A program made the position numbers and the translations under genes. Shown piece by piece: positions 61,937-64,000 of a stretch of 64,000 nt of DNA. The DNA is from Tubulanus polymorphus (taxonomy: Eukaryota > Animalia > Nemertea). The stretch lies in NCBI RefSeq assembly GCF_964204645.1, contig NC_134025.1, positions 4,836,001 through 4,900,000 on the forward strand. Reading direction: 5' to 3'. The stretch's first letter is position 1, and every line of letters begins with the position of its first letter. The notes beneath the pieces were generated by a model, which was not told where the DNA came from, ran no database searches, and saw only the letters and a list, made by a program, of their open reading frames with translations.

Positions 61937-63927
61937 TTAGTTGGAGTCGATGGTGCTCTCTATCCAATCGTTGTAGCTCTGCACCCTTGTGTAAATCCCT
62001 GGGAAAGCTTTTCTTGCGCAACCATACCCGGTGGAAACGATGCCGACAACTAACCATTGACCGTCTTCCTCGTCTTTGTACATCATCGGGCCACCGGAAT
62101 CAAACTGAAATCAAGTACATAATGTTTCTTGCAAAGTATCACTGAACCGATCGATCGCACGATTCTATCAATCACATATCGTCATCTCAATAGAATGTAA
62201 GATCTTTGATATAAACGAAGCAAACGCCAAATTTACGATTAAAAGAGAAGATGGGATGAAAGTAAAAAATTGTATTGGAGTCCCCACAAATTTAATAGGA
62301 AGTTTTATCCTACCTGACAGGCATCCCGGCCGCCTTTATCAGCATAGCCGGCACACATCATATCGTTGCTGATGTTAAGTACGACTCCCAATTCCTCGAT
62401 TGGCTTGTAAAACCGATTGCAATCAACATTGCTAACGACTGGGACCTGAACGTGACGTACAATTTGCGATACCTCCCCATCTGCAAAAGGAGCGCGATAT
62501 AAACAAATAAATCGTCTACCCCAAGCGATCGTTACAGGACATACAATGTCTAAGTAAAATAGCATCCAGACATTGGGGAATAATTTGTATTGATGCTCCG
62601 TCTGTATCTACTAAATCTATATCGAATATTAGTATATTCCTCTAGACTCGTTTTTTGCATAGCAAGTACAAGCATTTATATAAAGATTCTATCAGTGTTT
62701 GCATTTTCTAGATACATTAATTATAAGTCCTTCATAAAAGTTCGCCATTTTTCTATTCTATTCTATAACTCCGTCCGGTATTTCCGGCATGGAACAACAA
62801 CTGCGAAACTTTCATATTGCGTGCATATAAATCGTGCCGTGATTGCATGGAATAATTGGGTCTCTTGTTATTAGAAACTGAATGTCCCTCCGGCTTCATC
62901 AAGCAGTTTGCGGTCGTATTCACCAATCTTAATATTCGAACAGGGACATCGTAATGTTTGCAATGTTTCGGAAATTAGGTTTGCCGTTTTATCCCGAAAG
63001 CTTTGCAAATGAGGTAAACTAGATCCAACTGATCATCTCCTTCCATTGAGACATCATCCGATGGTGTGAATCACACAGACGCTATAGACAGGTGTAAATA
63101 GTTGTCATAGTTCTTTGCGTGCGTGATCATATTAACAACAAGTTGAAATTACTGCTTTTTATTGCAAACAAAAGTCTCGAAAGCGTTTATCGCAGTGAGC
63201 TTTTTGCTTGGAAAATGAGACGGTATAAAAAACGATTTGCAACCGTTACTTACTTTCTTTCGTATGTCCCCAACCAGCCGTCGTACATAATGTTCCGGGT
63301 GGGAATTTATCTTCCCTCGAGGGTAAACAGGCGACGTTCACGTACTGAGAAAGCTTCACGGGATTTTTCAGTTTCAGGAGTGCAATGTCCATATTCATAG
63401 TCTTCGGTGCTGTGGATGAGAGTAGACATAAAACATACATAAATACAAACACCATTAATCTACGCAACGACAATAACATGACTTAATAAATTATCACATT
63501 CACGTTGGTGTAAGTTCATGGGCAATGCACCTTGTCTCTTAGGGTAGAAGATTATTTTTTCGATGTCGACGTCCATGTGTTTACCGTCATCTTTGAACAT
63601 GTCGTGTTCGCCAACTCTTGCTTTCCATTTTGTCGGATCAGCAGTGAGGAATTCTGCCCAGAATGGTCTGCAATGTAAGTTTGGATTATGTATTCATTCT
63701 GATAGCAGGTTCTAAAAGGTATAGATTTGTCACTATCAGGGTATTTTAGAAAACTTACTCGAAGCAATGAGCAGCAGAAAGTACCCACTGCGGATGAATG
63801 AGTGTACCGCCGCAAAGATGTTCGTGCTTAACGCCATCTTTATTCAGTTGCAAGGTCACTAACCAAGGCCATTCGCCGTACTTTGATTCGACTCCACCGA
63901 CAATACGTTTCTTCACATTTTCGTAAC
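61937..63927 (-). CDS. Trypsin-like S1A serine protease, catalytic domain (5' exons not identified, probably beyond the window)
   Basis: KR-IVGG, WPW, LCGGTLI, LSAAHC (His), MDIALLKL (Asp), AGWG, MMCAGY, RDACQ|FDSGGP (Ser; Asp189), [14 protein letters not shown]; about 5 exons. Confidence 0.93.
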
Positions 63928-64000
63928 CTACAGGCTTGTAATATTTATTTTTTCCGCAATGTTCTAAATCTGCAAAAGCGGCGTAGAAATGAATGATTCG

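Overview
AT-rich animal genomic DNA, probably a marine invertebrate/spiralian (inferred from short GT-AG introns and gene content); not prokaryotic, no CRISPR. The first ~10.5 kb is a repeat/mobile-element zone: a 5'-truncated Penelope-like GIY-YIG tail with a minimal hammerhead ribozyme, a perfect GC-rich hairpin, an intact three-exon SGNH/GDSL esterase gene, and a ~4.7 kb array of 183-184 bp satellite units with higher-order structure. The rest holds a CD225/dispanin gene, a gene-poor stretch (13.7-27.2 kb), a cluster of small secreted PAN/apple-like genes partly missed by the ORF track, ABCD4, an intronless 194-aa gene resembling bacterial/giant-virus hypothetical proteins (horizontal transfer candidate), an N-acylated MGC-globin, two orphan ORFs, a two-domain PAN-like gene that may be nested, a HUNK-like kinase and the 3' part of a trypsin-like protease. 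Family calls come from motif recognition by eye; no database search was run.
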